Shown: one piece after another, positions 13,060-27,766 of the stretch | Layout: each line of letters begins with the position of its first letter | Numbering within the stretch: position 1 is the stretch's first letter | NCBI RefSeq assembly: GCF_001194135.2 | Contig: NC_069000.1 | Span: forward strand, 7,804,040 to 7,868,039 | Direction of reading: 5' to 3' | DNA from: Octopus bimaculoides | Taxonomy: Eukaryota | Length of the DNA: 64,000 nt | Translations under genes and position numbers: made by a program | The notes under the pieces: generated by a model | Seen by the model: only the letters and a program-made list of their open reading frames with translations | What the model was told of the DNA's origin: nothing | Database searches by the model: none

Positions 13060-13800
13060 TCTCAATTTCTAAAGAAGACAGAGATCTACTGCCATCTAGG
13101 AAGTGGCTATACTTGATAAGGAGTAGGAAGGAATTCAATACGGTGTACCTAATGTAAAACATGAATGAGTACACAAGAGATGCAGTGTTATCACAGGCAG
13201 GTTGACCAGAGAAGGACTTTGTATATGGGAGCAGATGCAGTGGAGTAGTTTAGCAGTTAGAGCACTCATGAAAGAAATTCTTTCAAATGCCTGGAAAACT
13301 CCTGAGAAATAGTTAACAACACTGTTAACTAGATGACAATTAGTAGTGGCAGAGGATGCTCCCTAAACTTAGTAGCTAGAATATGAATGGACAAGTTGGA
13401 GAACATTCTGGGAGCTTTTACCTTTATTGTAAACAAGGAATTTCTCTTTCAGAGTAAAGAACAGATTTATAATATGCTCATTTACTTACTAAGTATGATG
13501 TTACATGATAGTAAAACATAGGCATTGAATGCAAAGGCTGTGTGAAGGCTGAAATAAAATGAGTCAAGTATGCTTCGCTGGATATGTTAAGTTAATGTTC
13601 ATGAACAACAGAGCACAAATGAGTTGAAAAAAAAACTGGGCTTAGGAAGAAACAAGTGTAGTGTGCAAGAGAGGAGACTTCATGGTAAGGTGAAATGATG
13701 TTTATAGAAGATGACAGTTGAGTTAAGAAATGCCTGGAGGTCCAAGTGGAGGAACTCATGGAAGAAGGAAATATGAGATAGAGGAAAACTGCACGAATAA
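13060..13800 (+). mobile_element. RTE LINE 3' relic, abutting the previous copy in opposite orientation
   Basis: Degenerate SGKWP, GVGRNSI, SMLRW, VQERRL, VKKC..VEG motifs. Confidence 0.75.
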
Positions 13801-14303
13801 TGAACTGCTCTACCACTGAAACATTGAAGAAATCATTTAAGTAGTTTTCTGGCAGAGCAATATGATGCAGATGATGGTATCACCTGCAGTTAGTGGGAGC
13901 ATCCTGATTGCATTAATCTTGCAGTGTGTGAGGTCACATTTCAGGATTTTCTAAATGAATTGGTCTCTTTCATTGCAAGAAGACTACTTAAATGATTTCC
14001 CAAAACTTAAGTGGTAGGATCATTAATACAGTGCTTCAACACAAACCCATTGTTTGATAGATCACAAGGTATCATTGACATCAGTTCTTTGTAAAGTACC
14101 TCATCACTGACAGCCACAACCACGAGTTTGACATTTTGATGAGGTTATAACTAACTTCATTTTATCTCAAACAGATACACTGCATTGCAACAAACCGGAG
14201 ACTTTGGAGATTTCCTCCATTCAATATTTCTATAAGTCTATACAGTATGACATCCCCTTGAATTGTAGAATTCCTGGCATTTACCATCTTAAAATCTACT
14301 CAC

Positions 14304-14337
14304 TTCCAGAAAACCATTTGCAACCTTTTTTTTATTG
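14304..14337 (-). other. Candidate 34-nt micro-exon
   Basis: Very long pyrimidine tract ending ttgaaag, and GAA|gtgagt donor. Confidence 0.3.
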
Positions 14338-15051
14338 CTTTCAAAACAAACAAAAAAAAGATAGAGAAAAAAAAAAAAAACTATTTCCAAAGGATCCAAC
14401 ATAGGATTTTCACTCATTTATGCATAAAGCCTTCCTGTATTTGGTTTTACCATGTAATTTTACCATCCGCACACCCCTCAAATTTTAAGGTTAGTTATTT
14501 CAGAGGCAAAAGCTATGTTAAGAGTCAAAACTATTTTTATCTGAAAATCCAGGTTCTATTAATATTATTTTGAAAAAATGTTTTTGAAAAAGTATTATTC
14601 CACATTGATAGATATAAATATAGACAGGAAGTAGCACTAATCACAGCAATCTGTAGAAATTGGGATCTTTATATCAGGCAATAATTGAAAACATATTCCT
14701 CTAATTAAGACAACAGAACCCTCTAGAACATCCCATTACAATCTACGCCATTTAACATCCCCATCAACACCAACAACAACACTTAAGATTGCATCAACAT
14801 TACTAACACCACCACCACCACCATCAACATTAACACTACATCAACATCACCTCTACCACTTTAACACCATTACTACTAGCATCAACACCTTCAATAGTAA
14901 CACAAGTGTCCACCCTAAACAAATCAACAGAAAGAATCAGTGAGGTTTGGATCTAAGTCAACAAAGACAATTTACTAAAAAATAGTAGTCAAATCCCTCT
15001 CTAACAGATAGGATGGTCATAGCTGGAACGTCTCTGATCATAGCTCTACTG

Positions 15052-15303
15052 CAGTGTTTCTCAAACAAGAACCATATGACCTTTAGGGGTCCATATAAGA
15101 TTTTGTCAAAATTTATGTGCAATAAATTGGTTATACTTCTACAACAGACAAAATATTTTAATTTTTTAAAAACAATTCTTAATAATATTTTAATTCTGAA
15201 AATAGGGGATTTTTTTTAAACACCGAATGGCTATGAGGGTCCACCTGAGTAAAAGTAGAATCAAAGGGGTCCATAGGTAAAAAAAAATGGTTGAGAAACA
15301 TTG
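15052..15303. mobile_element. hAT (Charlie-like) MITE
   Basis: TIRs CAGTGTTTCTCAA / TTGAGAAACATTG with internal GGGGTCC motifs; TSD not preserved. Confidence 0.55.
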
Positions 15304-15339
15304 GGTAAGTGCTACTCTGGAAAAATGGTTTAACTACTG

Positions 15340-15915
15340 GGACAACATGCAACTGAATGCACATTATTGCACAACCAAATGTAGCTGTGTGCACTTTCAA
15401 TGCACAAACAACTGCAGGTGTAAGTACATTCATTGCACATACAAATACACCTGTGTGCATTCACTGCACCTATGTGCACATTCGCTACACAATCAAATGC
15501 AGCAGTGTGCACATTCACTGCACAACCAAATGCAGTTGTGTGCTCGTTCACTGCACAACCAAATGCAGCTGTGTGTACCTTTGCTGCACAACCATATGTG
15601 ACTGTGTGTGCATTCACTGCACAACAGTGCAATTGTATGCATCTGTTGCATAACCAAATACAGTTGTGTGTTCATTCACTGCACAACCAAATACAGTTGT
15701 GTACCTTTGCTGCACAACCAAGTGCAGCTGTGTATGCATTTACTGCACAACAGTGAAATTGTGTGCATTCATTGCATGACCAAATGCAGCTATGTGTGTG
15801 TTCACTGCACAACCAAATGCAGCTATGTGTGCTTTTGATGCACAACTAAGTGCAACTGTGTATGCATTCACTGCATAACAGGTGCATGTTTTCAGTGAAC
15901 AACCAAGTGCAGCTA
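15340..15915. repeat. Minisatellite, about 31-33-bp unit GTGTGCATTCACTGCACAACCAAATGCAGCT
   Basis: Many degenerate tandem copies; explains the Cys/His-rich ORFs at 15179-15838. Confidence 0.9.
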
Positions 15916-17822
15916 TGTTGGTTTCGTTATACCACTGAACTTACTCTATGTATTTAGAAGTATGCTGATTGTTGTTATTATTAAAGTGGCGAGTTGGCAG
16001 AATCGTTCTGAGTTCAAATTCCGCTGAGGTCGACTTTGCCTTTGATCCTTTTGGGAGTCCATAAAATAAATACCAGTTGAACACTGGGGGTCGATGTAAT
16101 TGGCTCATCCCCTCCCTTAAAATTGCTGCCCTTGTAACAAAATTTGAAACCATTATTATTATTTTCATTAGATTATTGGATTGGTAGAATCATTAGAATA
16201 TAAACAAAATACCTTGTGGTATTTAGTTACATCCCTTTATGTTCTGAGTTCAAGTCCTGTGGAAGCCAGCTTTGTCATTGATTAACCGAGGTTGATCAAA
16301 GAAAGAACCAATTAAGTATTGGTCTGAAATCCCTCCCACAAATGTGCAGCTTCTTTCATTATTTTCATCATCCTGTTGTTTTACTGACTGTGGTCATGCT
16401 GGGGCACCACCTTTCAAGTAGGCTTTGCCTTTCAACCCTCTGGAATTAAAAATTAAGTACCAGTTATTGGACAATTCAGTTGATCTCACTTCTCCCTATT
16501 AAATTGCACATAATATTTTCTACTACAGGCCCAAAGCCAGCAATTTTAGAGGGAGGATTAAGTTGATTACATCGACCCCAGTGTTCAAAAGATACTTATT
16601 TGATCAACCCTCTCCTCCCCCAACAAAAAAATAAGGGGATGAAAGGCAAAGTCAACCATAGTAATATCTGAACCCAGAAGATAATGAGGTAGAAGTAATG
16701 ATGCTAAGCATTTGATCCGGCATGCAAACAATTTGGTCAGCTTGTCACCTTAGAATAATAATTCTTTCAGACTACAAAGCCTGGAAGTGAGGAGGAGGAG
16801 GGAAAAGAGTTTATTTGATTACATCACCCCTAATGCTTAGCTGATTCTTATTTCATTGATCCCACAAAGGATGGGAGACAAAGTCAACCTCAGCAGAATT
16901 TGAACTCAGAACATAAAACCAAAAGAAATGCTGCCAAGCGTTTTATCCAACGAGCTAATAATTCTACCAGCTCACAGAAGATGCTAGCACATGTGGTGTA
17001 GACTAAAAGCATTTGCATCAGCATATCACATCTGGCATTTCCCAAACCTACAGTACATACAGTTGTACCAGTAATACAAAAATTAAGTAATACATTAAGG
17101 TCAAAACGTTTCATTTCACCTCTCAATATTACCCTCTACTTAAAGTTGGGGTAGAGCAGGTTCTTGCAGTAGAGAAGCTACATAAGATATTCACATTTAG
17201 GGGGAGAGTGAGAATGAATTACAGACATCTCCAAGAAGATAGTCAGTGGTGATGAGGTGTTCAGGTGGCACCTCAGGTAGCAGGGGTTTGTGGTTTGCAA
17301 GAGTGTGTGTGTGTGTGTGTGTGCACGCACACAAGCAACAGTATCAGGTTTTGTCAGGGTTAATAACTATGATACAATCACAGGAATTCCCTATACTTTG
17401 GATAAATTGCCATAAAAGATGCTGACAATCTTCTGCTTTTGGACCAGAAATGCTGATATACCCTCAGAATTGTTACCTCCAAATCACCCAGAAGATGCTT
17501 TCAGTAGAATTTCATAAAATGCCCGACAAAAATAAATCAAGACTGTAAAAGAAAACTTTTTTTTTTTTTTTTTTCATTTTCTGGGAAAACTACAAAAATG
17601 GACACAATTTTCTCATCAGTAACTTTTTTCAGTACCCACTGTGGTGCTGAGGGTGAGGTAGGGGTATGCAATAGTCTTTGTTTTACATACCAGTGCCTAA
17701 AAAAAAATCAAATTAAAAGACAAGTTACATAACCTGTGGCGGTCTCGTAAAGATGTGTGGCTGTGTAAAACTGGCCTAATACTCGGAACATAACTCATTC
17801 AATTTCTCACATGCGCACACAA

Positions 17823-17853
<31 letters not shown>

Positions 17854-18753
17854 CACTGTTATAAATTATATTAAATAATGAATCATCATACTTTCATATT
17901 GATAGTCACCAGTCACCTTTGCAACATAAACTGACACAAAACTAACACATGTACTCAGGGGTGGTTGACATGCGAGTTGGTGAGTGTCTGTATGTAATCA
18001 GTTGCCATTGACTACCTGACATTAAAAGCAATGCTCCCAGTTATTTTTCAAGTTATTCTACTTTTCTCAACAGTCAATTAGTTTCACCACCCATTGATGG
18101 ATAGTTCGTATCGTTAAAGACTGGCTGACCATTGCAGTTAGCGTATAGACAGACATCATTTAAATACACACACATATATATATACAAACACGCATACACG
18201 TTACAATCACCTCCATATCAGGCACGCTATATGAAACCTAAAGGTAGGACTCCTGTCTAACACGCACACATACTAAGTAGAAATACTAAGACAACGAGGA
18301 AGTTGTCTGCCGTGCTAGACATAGTAGCTAAAGCTTCCTCATATATATATTGCATTGTCTCCATGATTGGAAAAACAGATTTGAATAATGTGGTTTTTAG
18401 GTGCACTTTATGAATTAAAATGGGACGGACGTAGTTGGAACCCCTTTCATCTACAGCTCTGCTCGGTCAACAAAATTTCATAATAAGCATTATTTTACAC
18501 ATCTACACGCAACGTGAGTATACACACACACACACATTTATTGACTCTGAAAATGTGTGTGTAAGATGCCGCTGAATCAGAGGAATTAACGTAAATCTGG
18601 AGATTAGACTAAATACTGTTTGTGTGTTACTAGAAAAGTGATGGTTAAGTTAATCCATGACACCACCTTGGAAGACTGTTTGTCAAGAGTTTATATATAA
18701 CAAGAAATTAACCATTAAACCACCTGGTTCCAAGAGCGGTTTAGGAGGTGTGT

Positions 18754-18810
<57 letters not shown>

Positions 18811-19323
18811 TGTATGAATATGTGCGTATGCATATATGCATGTGTTGTAGTAGAGTGTATGTGTGTGTGTGGTCGCTTGCAATTTTAGAAATAGAAGCCA
18901 AATCTCTCAAATTATACCCTACCATCTTAAAAAAGAAAAAAAGGTTTTAGTGTATTCCAAGATATACTATGTCCGAAATTTGGGTCATCGCCCTTCCTGA
19001 TCAGGGCTGCCTTAGAATTAACCATCAACCTTGTCACAAACAACTAAATGCAAGTTCACCTCCCTGTTCTATCTGGGGACATCATGCAATAACATACATA
19101 TTATTATACAACCGTTTCAGTGTGTGTGTGTGTGTGTGTGTATTATACAAGTGGCAAGTGTGAACATAGTTCTTTAACCAGGTATATAGATATACAGTAT
19201 ATGATGTACACCCAGAGACCTTTGTATAATGTACATTAAATATTTCACTATTGACACTTGTGGAACATACACCTGCATCTCTTTCTCATACACGCACATT
19301 ACATATACATATATATATATATG

Positions 19324-19392
<69 letters not shown>

Positions 19393-19868
19393 CAGTAGTT
19401 ACGCTACACAATCTGGGAAGGCTTTATAATGCGTGTGTATGTTTATCCAATCATTAGAATCAGTCTTCCCTAATACATTATTAATAGATAAAATAATGTA
19501 TGTAGAAACACCTCAGTGTATAAAGACAGAATGGAGGTGCAAGGTACAGATAGAATGTGTGAAAGATAGTGTGTAGATAGAATTTTTGAGAGGTAGTGAG
19601 GTAGAGATGCAGGGTATAGGTAGAATATGTAAAAGGTATTATGGAGAGGTGCAAGGCATAGAACGTAAGAAAGGTAGTGCAGGGTATAGATAGAATGTAT
19701 GAAAGGTAGTGTGTAGAGGCGTAGGGTATTGAATATGCGAAAGGAAGTGTGTGTGTGTGTGTGTGTGTAGATCGGTGCACACATTGAAAGGTAGCAGAGA
19801 GAATGTGTAGAAAATAGTGTGTTAGTATCGCGAATTATATAGTCTGGAAAATTGTAGGTAAGATAAAT

Positions 19869-19903
<35 letters not shown>

Positions 19904-20017
19904 CACACACACGTGTATGTGTGGTGTAGTTTCCGTGTTGATTTCAATATATACCCCACAACTACACATCTGTCCAAAAATATTTACTGTGTGAGTGCGT
20001 GTCTAAGTGTATGTGTG

Positions 20018-20049
<32 letters not shown>

Positions 20050-20152
20050 AGATGAACCTGTATTTTAAAATAGTTTAAATGATGACATATGATATAAACA
20101 TTTGTACTTCTATACATTATATATATATATATGATACAAACATTTGTACTTT

Positions 20153-20193
<41 letters not shown>

Positions 20194-22449
20194 CAGAAAG
20201 GGTGGTTTATAAATGTGTAAATCTGATGAGATAAGCTGAAAAGAAAAATATGAAAAACAACAACAATAATAATAATAATAATAATATAAACAAAAGTGAA
20301 AACGTGAAAATAGGGAGAGCAAATGAAAAAAAAAATGGTAAACTTACAATGATATGTGGTAGGTGGCCAGGTTGACAGGTAGGTTATTAGTGGGTTAGCA
20401 ATCCTAATTAAGGTAACAACCTGGTGCTCTCAGCCTTTCTTATATCCACTCTCCTACCAGCTCAAACTATCCATTGGAGCTGAGAAGCACAAACGAGCCA
20501 TTTAGCTAGTCTTCTTCTCGTTCTTGTGGTGGTTCTTCCACAGACCGATCTACTAATGTCGTGTGCGTGTGTGTGTGGAGGGAAGGAATCGCTGCTTCTC
20601 CCCCGCAAGAAAAAAAAGTCAGGCTTCTTTTACTAAATGGAATCATGCACAAAAGAAAAACCTAACAAGCATACACTCTCATAGTCCGGATAAATATAAA
20701 TGTATATATATATATGGATGTATGTATATATGTGGAGAGGGAGAGATGAATGTAAAAACGTGAGTTTTTGTGTATGTAGAAATATGAATTTATACAGATG
20801 TGTGTATATATATATTACATATATTTCTATATGTGTCTATATGCGTGATGTATGATTTGTGTGTGGATGTGACTAGCTTGTTGAGAAGTCAACCAACACA
20901 AACAATATTTATGGTGAGAAAGAGCGTTGGGTTGATTAAAAGGAAGTAATTAGTTTCACATCTTAGTTGTGTGGTGAATGTAATTGTGTGAGAGAAAAGT
21001 GAGTGAGTGGGAATGTGGATTATAGAGTGAGAGAGAGGAGGAGGAGTGAAATAGAGAGATACATAGGTAGTGATTGAGTCGGCAATGTGGACGATATAGA
21101 GAGAAAAAGAGGAGGAGTGAAGTAGAGAGAGAACAAAATGGTTGATTAAATGAGAGACGAGGAGCAGGTGGGAGAAGGAGAAAAGAAAGAGAAGTATAAA
21201 GAAGAGAGTGACAAAACATGAAAGGAGAGGGAGAGACTAAAGAAAATCGATGTAGTAGAATGGAGAAATGGATAGATAGATAGATCGACAGATAGATAAC
21301 TAGATAGAGATGAAGATTTATTTAAAAGTGTAAGAGAGGAGAAACTGATGGTATATAAGGAGAAGGGGAGTAAAAGTAAAGACAAATGACTAATAGAGAG
21401 AGTGAGTGAGTGATTTACTTGACTGAACGAAAGGAAGGGGAGGAGAAGAAAGGGAAGACTGAGAGAGAAAGGTAGAGGACAGTTTGAAAGAAGTGCACAA
21501 AGTGAGTAACCGGGTAGGAGTAAAAGCCGCAAGACTATAACGAAAGCGAGAGAGGGAGAGTGAGTGGAAGTGGGAGAGAGAAAAACCTAAGAAAGTAGCA
21601 GCAAACGAGAAATGCTGTTATGTCGGCAAGTGGGAGCTTTAGCAAGTCACATTCAACTGGTGGAAATGTGTTTGAAGCCTGTTGCCGGTAATGCTTACAG
21701 CATCGAATATCACTTACTTCTTCCACTAATATATACTCCCTATTTTTATATTCTGCAGTCTGGAATGCGACTCTCTTTTTATACTCCCCTATTTTTGTAC
21801 TCTGAAGCTAAAAAATTTTTTTTTTCTTTTATTTCAGAAAATTACAATAAAAATTTCGGAGAAAAACAATACAATTTATAAAAGTAAATAATACGCAAAT
21901 GGCAAAAAAGGGGACAAAGAAAAAGCAATAAATAAATAATTAGACATATACACTCCTTGAATTCTATATCGCTGCAGAAGCAACTGGTTTTCCTCGTAGA
22001 AAATATTTAAAGACAATAAAACACGGCATTACCGCCTATGATGGCATAGCTGGGATGCTACAGCAGCCAAGAACCTTTCCGAGCATCAGTTGATGCTGAC
22101 TTTCAGCCGTGGTACTCCTTAGTATTAATATGTGTTGCGCTCGTGTCGTAACGTGGACCATATTCTCCAAGACAGGACTGCATGGAAGAACAAAATTCTA
22201 GTTTTGGAACTATGTTGTGGCAAGATTTTCCATGAACACAACACTTTTAATACGGAGAATGCTTGTACTTTGAAGGAATATAAAGTTACTTCAAATACTC
22301 TCTATTCTTGTACTTGGTAATATAAGAGTAATTCATCTAATACTCCTACTTTCATTTCCTGTACTCATTAACATAGCAATCTAATTACTGGAAAATAATT
22401 ATAATTTCATTTTGATATTCTCTATCAAAATATTCTTTGTTTTGGAGTA

Positions 22450-22930
22450 TTTTATAGGTTTAGTCTCAATACTCGGAGTATAATAATTGTTTTCCAATAT
22501 ACCGTTCTTTTACCTTGTTCCAGAGTATAGCAGGAATACTCCACGAATAAATTACACTTTAAACCTTTGCTGTTAAGAGTATAAAATAAATGCCTTAGTC
22601 TTTTAGAATTCCACTTATATTTAGGATACATTATAAGAAGATAAATTGAACCCAGATGAAAGTCGAAGTTGAATCTTAGCAATATTTGGACTCCGAATAT
22701 AAATGGCATTCGAAGAAGTCTCTGTGTAGTTGCTCGACCTGCTAGTAGATGTAACCAAAATTTTGATATCACCTTTAAAATGAACACATTGAATAATGTA
22801 GTCCAAAATTATAGTCTTTAATCGGAGGGCTACAGGATCAGGACTGACCTGAGTTATAGAACAACCACAAGGCATTTTGTCGTCACTCCACCGAACACGT
22901 TATTCTGTTTTGCGTGAAGTTATATTATAG
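22450..22930 (-). mobile_element. Highly degraded CR1/L2-type LINE relic (similar relics probably at 30600-30870, 33190-33650, 42580-43300)
   Basis: VHFKGDIKIL (FADDxK-like), FVEYSC (LEYC-like); elsewhere ALVKTRFCTFAVVSYRKDQEKL. Weak, by eye only. Confidence 0.4.
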
Positions 22931-24536
22931 TCACTTTCTCTTTCCCATTCCACATCTGCCACAGTAACTTTATATAAGGGACCCCAGCTACGGGAGATTT
23001 TACTCCGATAAAGGCACACATGGAACAGGAAAATGAAGGTGATCTCTTCAGAACAGATATATTCTACAATAATAGTTTGCTTTCTATCTAATGCCCGATA
23101 AATACTCTTTATTACATTATCTTGTTTAATAAACGAGAGTACATAAAAATTCTCTGTTTACTCCTCAGACACATCAGAACGGTCAGATGTGAAAACACTG
23201 AGTATAGTCACATGGTGGAGGCGTGGTTTAGTTGGGGGAGGGAGGTCATGGTAGTAGTGGGGGAAAAGATTATAGAGAGAGTTGTATGCAGGAGGAAGGG
23301 GGTACATGTGGAAGAGATACTACAGGGACAGAAAGGGAGGCAGGGGAGTATGAAGAGAAAGAAAAGAGGGAGAGATATATGGAACAATGAGGAAGTAAAG
23401 GGGAGAAAAGACCAGCATTGTGAGAGAGGTGAAATAGAAACGATTAGAAAGTATGAAAAACTGATGAGGGGGAGTAGTAAGAGAAGAAGAGAAACACAAA
23501 TCAGAGAAGTAAAATGATAAAAGAAAGAGGGAGAGCGAGAAAGAAAAGAAAACAAAGAGAGAGAGAGAGAGAGAGAGAGAGATCAAATAGAAGGGAAAGA
23601 AGTAAAGATAAAATGAAATAATGAGTGATGGAGAGTAAGAAAATAGAATGAGAGATAGAGAGAGAAGAGGAGAAAGGGAAACAAGAAATGTAGCGATTAG
23701 AGAGAGAGTGTGAAAGGTGGGGGGGGCTCAGGTATAAAGGAAAATGGAATCTACCAACAGGTAGAAGGAAAAAGACTATTTGAACCTCCCGCTGTACATC
23801 AATGTATGCTTGCCATTGTGTGCATGCATGCAATGACATACATACATACATACATATATATATATTCATACATACATAGGTAGGTAGGTGGGAGTTACAA
23901 CTGGTGCAGCAGATAGTAAGAAAGAACGAAACTAAAGTTGATGTTATTTTGGTAGAAAAATGAAGAAGAGTAGTTATAAAAAGGTATAGGAGTGGTATGA
24001 GTGGTTTAAGGTAATGAGAGCGATGTGCAAGATGATGTGGTAGTTTAGTGGTTGTGTTTTTGTTGTGGTACGGCATGGTGGGGGACAATGTGGTAGGGTG
24101 TGGTGTAGCGCAGAGGTGCGATGTAGTTGTGGTGTGTAGTGAAGTATGGTGTAATATGTTGCGATGAGGGCTAGTGCGATGTGGTGTGACATGATTTGAT
24201 GTTATGTTTGTGGAGGGAGGCGGTTGTACGATGGTGGTGAGGTGTCCATTGCACCGCCGTTGTCGTTGTTGTGTAACCCCTGGTCAGCCCATATCCAGCT
24301 GTCTTTTATCAGGCAAGATGTCAGTCAAACAATTACCTGATTGATAAACACACTTTTTCTGCCTCCCATTATTATATATATATATATATATNNNNNNNNN
24401 NNNNNNNNNNNNNNNNNNNNNNNNNNNNNNNNNNNNNNNNNNNNNNNNNNNNNNNNNNNNNNNNNNNNNNNNNNNNNNNNNNNNNNNNNNNNNNNNNNNN
24501 NNNNNNNNNNNNNNNNNNNNNNNNNNNNNNNNNNNN

Positions 24537-24570
<34 letters not shown>

Positions 24571-24872
24571 TCTCAGTTATATGTTCATTATCTGAGTTAT
24601 TACATACACATTACCTCAGTTATATACATCGTATCATCATCATCATTTAACGTCCATGTTCCATGCTGACATGGGTTGGACGGTTTGACGGGAGCTGAGG
24701 GGTCCGAGGAGTGTATCATGGTTCAGTGCCTGCTTTGGCATAGTTTCTACATCTGGACGCCCTTTCTTACGCCAACCACTTTACAAAGTGTACTGGATGC
24801 GGCTTGCAAGACTACAAACCCCCGAGGAGATGGGTGTCAGTTTTATACTTGGAGACAAGAGGTTAATGTATG

Positions 24873-24970
24873 AGAGAAGGGTGTAAAAAGTCTGCATGAC
24901 ACTACTTCAACTGGCAAGTCAAGAGAAGGGTGTAAAAAGTCTGCATGACACTACCTCAACTGGCAAGTCA
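24873..24970. repeat. 49-bp direct tandem duplication
   Basis: Two copies, one mismatch. Confidence 0.9.
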
Positions 24971-25129
24971 GCTTATTAGATGAATAGCAATGATATACTA
25001 AAATTACAATAATCTAGAACAGTTATAACTACCTCCCCTAAAAAAAAGTCTGAAAACTTCTGGAATGTACTTCATATATATTTCTCGAATGCCTTGGAGT
25101 TTCTGTTACTATGTAACCTAATTAGCAGT

Positions 25130-25570
25130 GGAGGAGGATGTTTTGAAAATATTGTTCTTAGAATACAAATCAGTTGGAGAAAGTTCAGAGAAGTATTATC
25201 TCTGTTGGCAACGCAAGGCCTCTCTTTGGGAGTGAAAGGCAGAACTGTATGATGCCTGGGTGTGAACAACAATGCCAAATGGGAGTGAAATATGATCCAC
25301 AAATGCAAATGACATGCAAAAACTTAAAAGAAACGAAGCTAACATGCTTCGCTGGATGTGCAATATCAACATGTATTAATGAAACAATGCAAATATGTTG
25401 AGAGCAAAATTGTGTATAAGAGACATCAGTTCTAGTATGCAAGTGAGGCAACTACTCTGGTCATGTGATGCATGTGAACGAGGACAGCTGCATAAAGTAG
25501 TGCTGATTTACTAAATCTGGTTGGAACTCATGGAAGATGATCCAGAAAGATGTAGGACAAAATAGTGAAG
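25130..25570 (+). mobile_element. RTE LINE 3' relic
   Basis: WRKFREVLSLL, RNEANMLRWMC motifs. Confidence 0.75.
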
Positions 25571-26039
25571 TGTGCTTGCCACAATAATATTGATACTAAA
25601 TGCCCTTCACCTTGAACATCCTTTCGTGTTTGCCATTGATCCCCCTTTAATCACAACCCACTATATCCACCCTATGTGCCTCTGATCTCCATCTTTGTCA
25701 CTGTACCTCTTCACTTCCCACCATACTACATCTCATCTTTATTTTTCGTTTATCAGTTTTATTATACTGTTGCCTTTCATCCCACTTTCATGTATTATCT
25801 CTTATTACCTCCTCCTTCTTTATCCACTCCTATTTTCCTTATATTCCTCCAAATTGATATTCACCATTGTCCATGCTTCCATCCATGTTTATTCAATTTT
25901 TACTTCTCTCCTCATCTCTATCGTCTATCATTCTCCTTTCATATTCTTGCAAAACTACCTTCTCACCCAGTCATCTTTGACTCTCTATCTCTACTCTCTT
26001 TATCAACTTTCTTGTACCTTCAGAGTACACCCTGTGAAG

Positions 26040-26372
26040 GCACAAGGCTCAGTGGTTAGAGCATCAAGCTCACAATCATGAGGTAGTGAGTTCAATTCTT
26101 GGACCAGGCTGTGTGTTGTGTTCTTGAGCAAGATACTTTATCTCACGTTGCTCCTGTTCACTCAGCTTTAGAAATGAGTTGTGATGTCACAGGTGCCAAG
26201 CTGTATCGGCCTTTGCCTTTCCTTTGGATAACATCAGTGGCATGAAGAGAGGAGGCTGGTATGCATGAGTGATTGCTGGTCTTCTATAAACAACCTTGCC
26301 TGGATTTGTGCTTCAGAGAGGAACTTTCTAGATGCAATCACATGGTCATTCATGACCGAAGGGGGTCCTTGA
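26040..26372 (+). mobile_element. tRNA-headed SINE with CORE/Meta-like central box; second related copy at 26565-26850
   Basis: GGCTCAGTGGTTAGAGC A box, GTTCAATTC B box, TGTTGTGTTCTTGAGCAAGA central motif. Confidence 0.7.
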
Positions 26373-27498
26373 GGGTACAGCCTGATATCTCAGTACCCCA
26401 TGATAGAAAATAAAACTAGGTGATTGATTAAGTCTACCACCCATGTAGACAGGGTTTGAACTCTGAATCCAAGGAGTGGACCAAATACCACAAGGCACTT
26501 TGTATGACACTCTAATATATCCACCATTCCATAATCCTAGGTTTGTACTATATTTATTGACCCCTGGCATGTGGCCTAGTGGGTAGGGTGTTGTACTCAC
26601 GATCACAAGATCGTAGTTTCAATTTCCAGGCCAGTGATATGTTGTGTTCTTGAGCAAAACCCTTTATTCCATGGTTGCCCCAGTCTACTCAGCTGTAAAT
26701 GGGTTACCTTACTGCCTGGCATTCTATTCAAAAGGAATCTTGGCCCGCCCACCTAACCAGCAGGTGGGTTTCATTCGATAGCTACAGCAATGCAAAGAAG
26801 TGCATTGTGACCAGCAGTGTATAACAACATCTGATAGTCTGGTCAATACAGGAAAAATAGTGTAGGACACACATCCATGGTATACCCAGCCAGTTACACA
26901 CTCATAGAGAAGGGTCTGTACCTGTAAGGGTCACAGTGTCACACACTGCATCATCCAGAATCTACCTGAGATTTTATTTTAAATATACAACCGTCTGTGA
27001 TACACTCAGCCACTTATGATTCAATTAGGAGGCAGTTCAAGTTGATTTAACAACCAGAACAGTCACCACGGAAACTGACTGAAGATCCATTTACATTTTA
27101 ATGGTAGGTTGGTGGTGCTGGCAGTGGTGGTCGCCGTCGTCAACGTTAATTGTAGTTGAGTGGTTGAGAGTTGAGTTGGGAGTTGAGATGTGGTGCTTCA
27201 ATTATTGCCTATTTAGATGATGATGATGATGGCTGTTACAGTGGTGGTGGTGGTGGTGGTGGGAAAGATGACAACAACGACGACAATGATGATGACAGCT
27301 GTTAGGACAATGATGATGATTGCTATTACAATGAAAATAGCTGGAGACACACACACACACATGCACACATACACAGGATGTAATAAACACTTGAAGAAGC
27401 AGAACATTCTGCCAAACTGTTACCATGACAACGATGGCAACCAGAAGTTGGGAGGGACAAACTCTTGGTGACATCACATCATTTTGTACTTAGTACAC

Positions 27499-27529
<31 letters not shown>

Positions 27530-27708
27530 ATTGGTGGTGGTGTGCTCAGAGAAGCAGGTTCTAGACTTCACTATTTAGTTCTACATTTTGTGGTAGAGGT
27601 GGCAATGGTGGTGGTGTTGGTGGTGGTGGTAGCAATAGTGATGATGGATGTTGATGACAATGATGATGACAATAATGATGATGATGAGGATGATGATGAT
27701 AGTGGTGG

Positions 27709-27766
<58 letters not shown>

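Noticed and set aside
15179-15838. Cys/His-rich repetitive ORFs resembling zinc fingers or metallothionein
   Set aside because: Translation of a minisatellite, open on both strands.
15340-15915. CRISPR-like repeat array
   Set aside because: Contiguous degenerate units with no unique spacers; eukaryotic context.
26047-26105. Additional tRNA gene
   Set aside because: tRNA-like SINE head; no acceptor stem, and it continues into SINE body.
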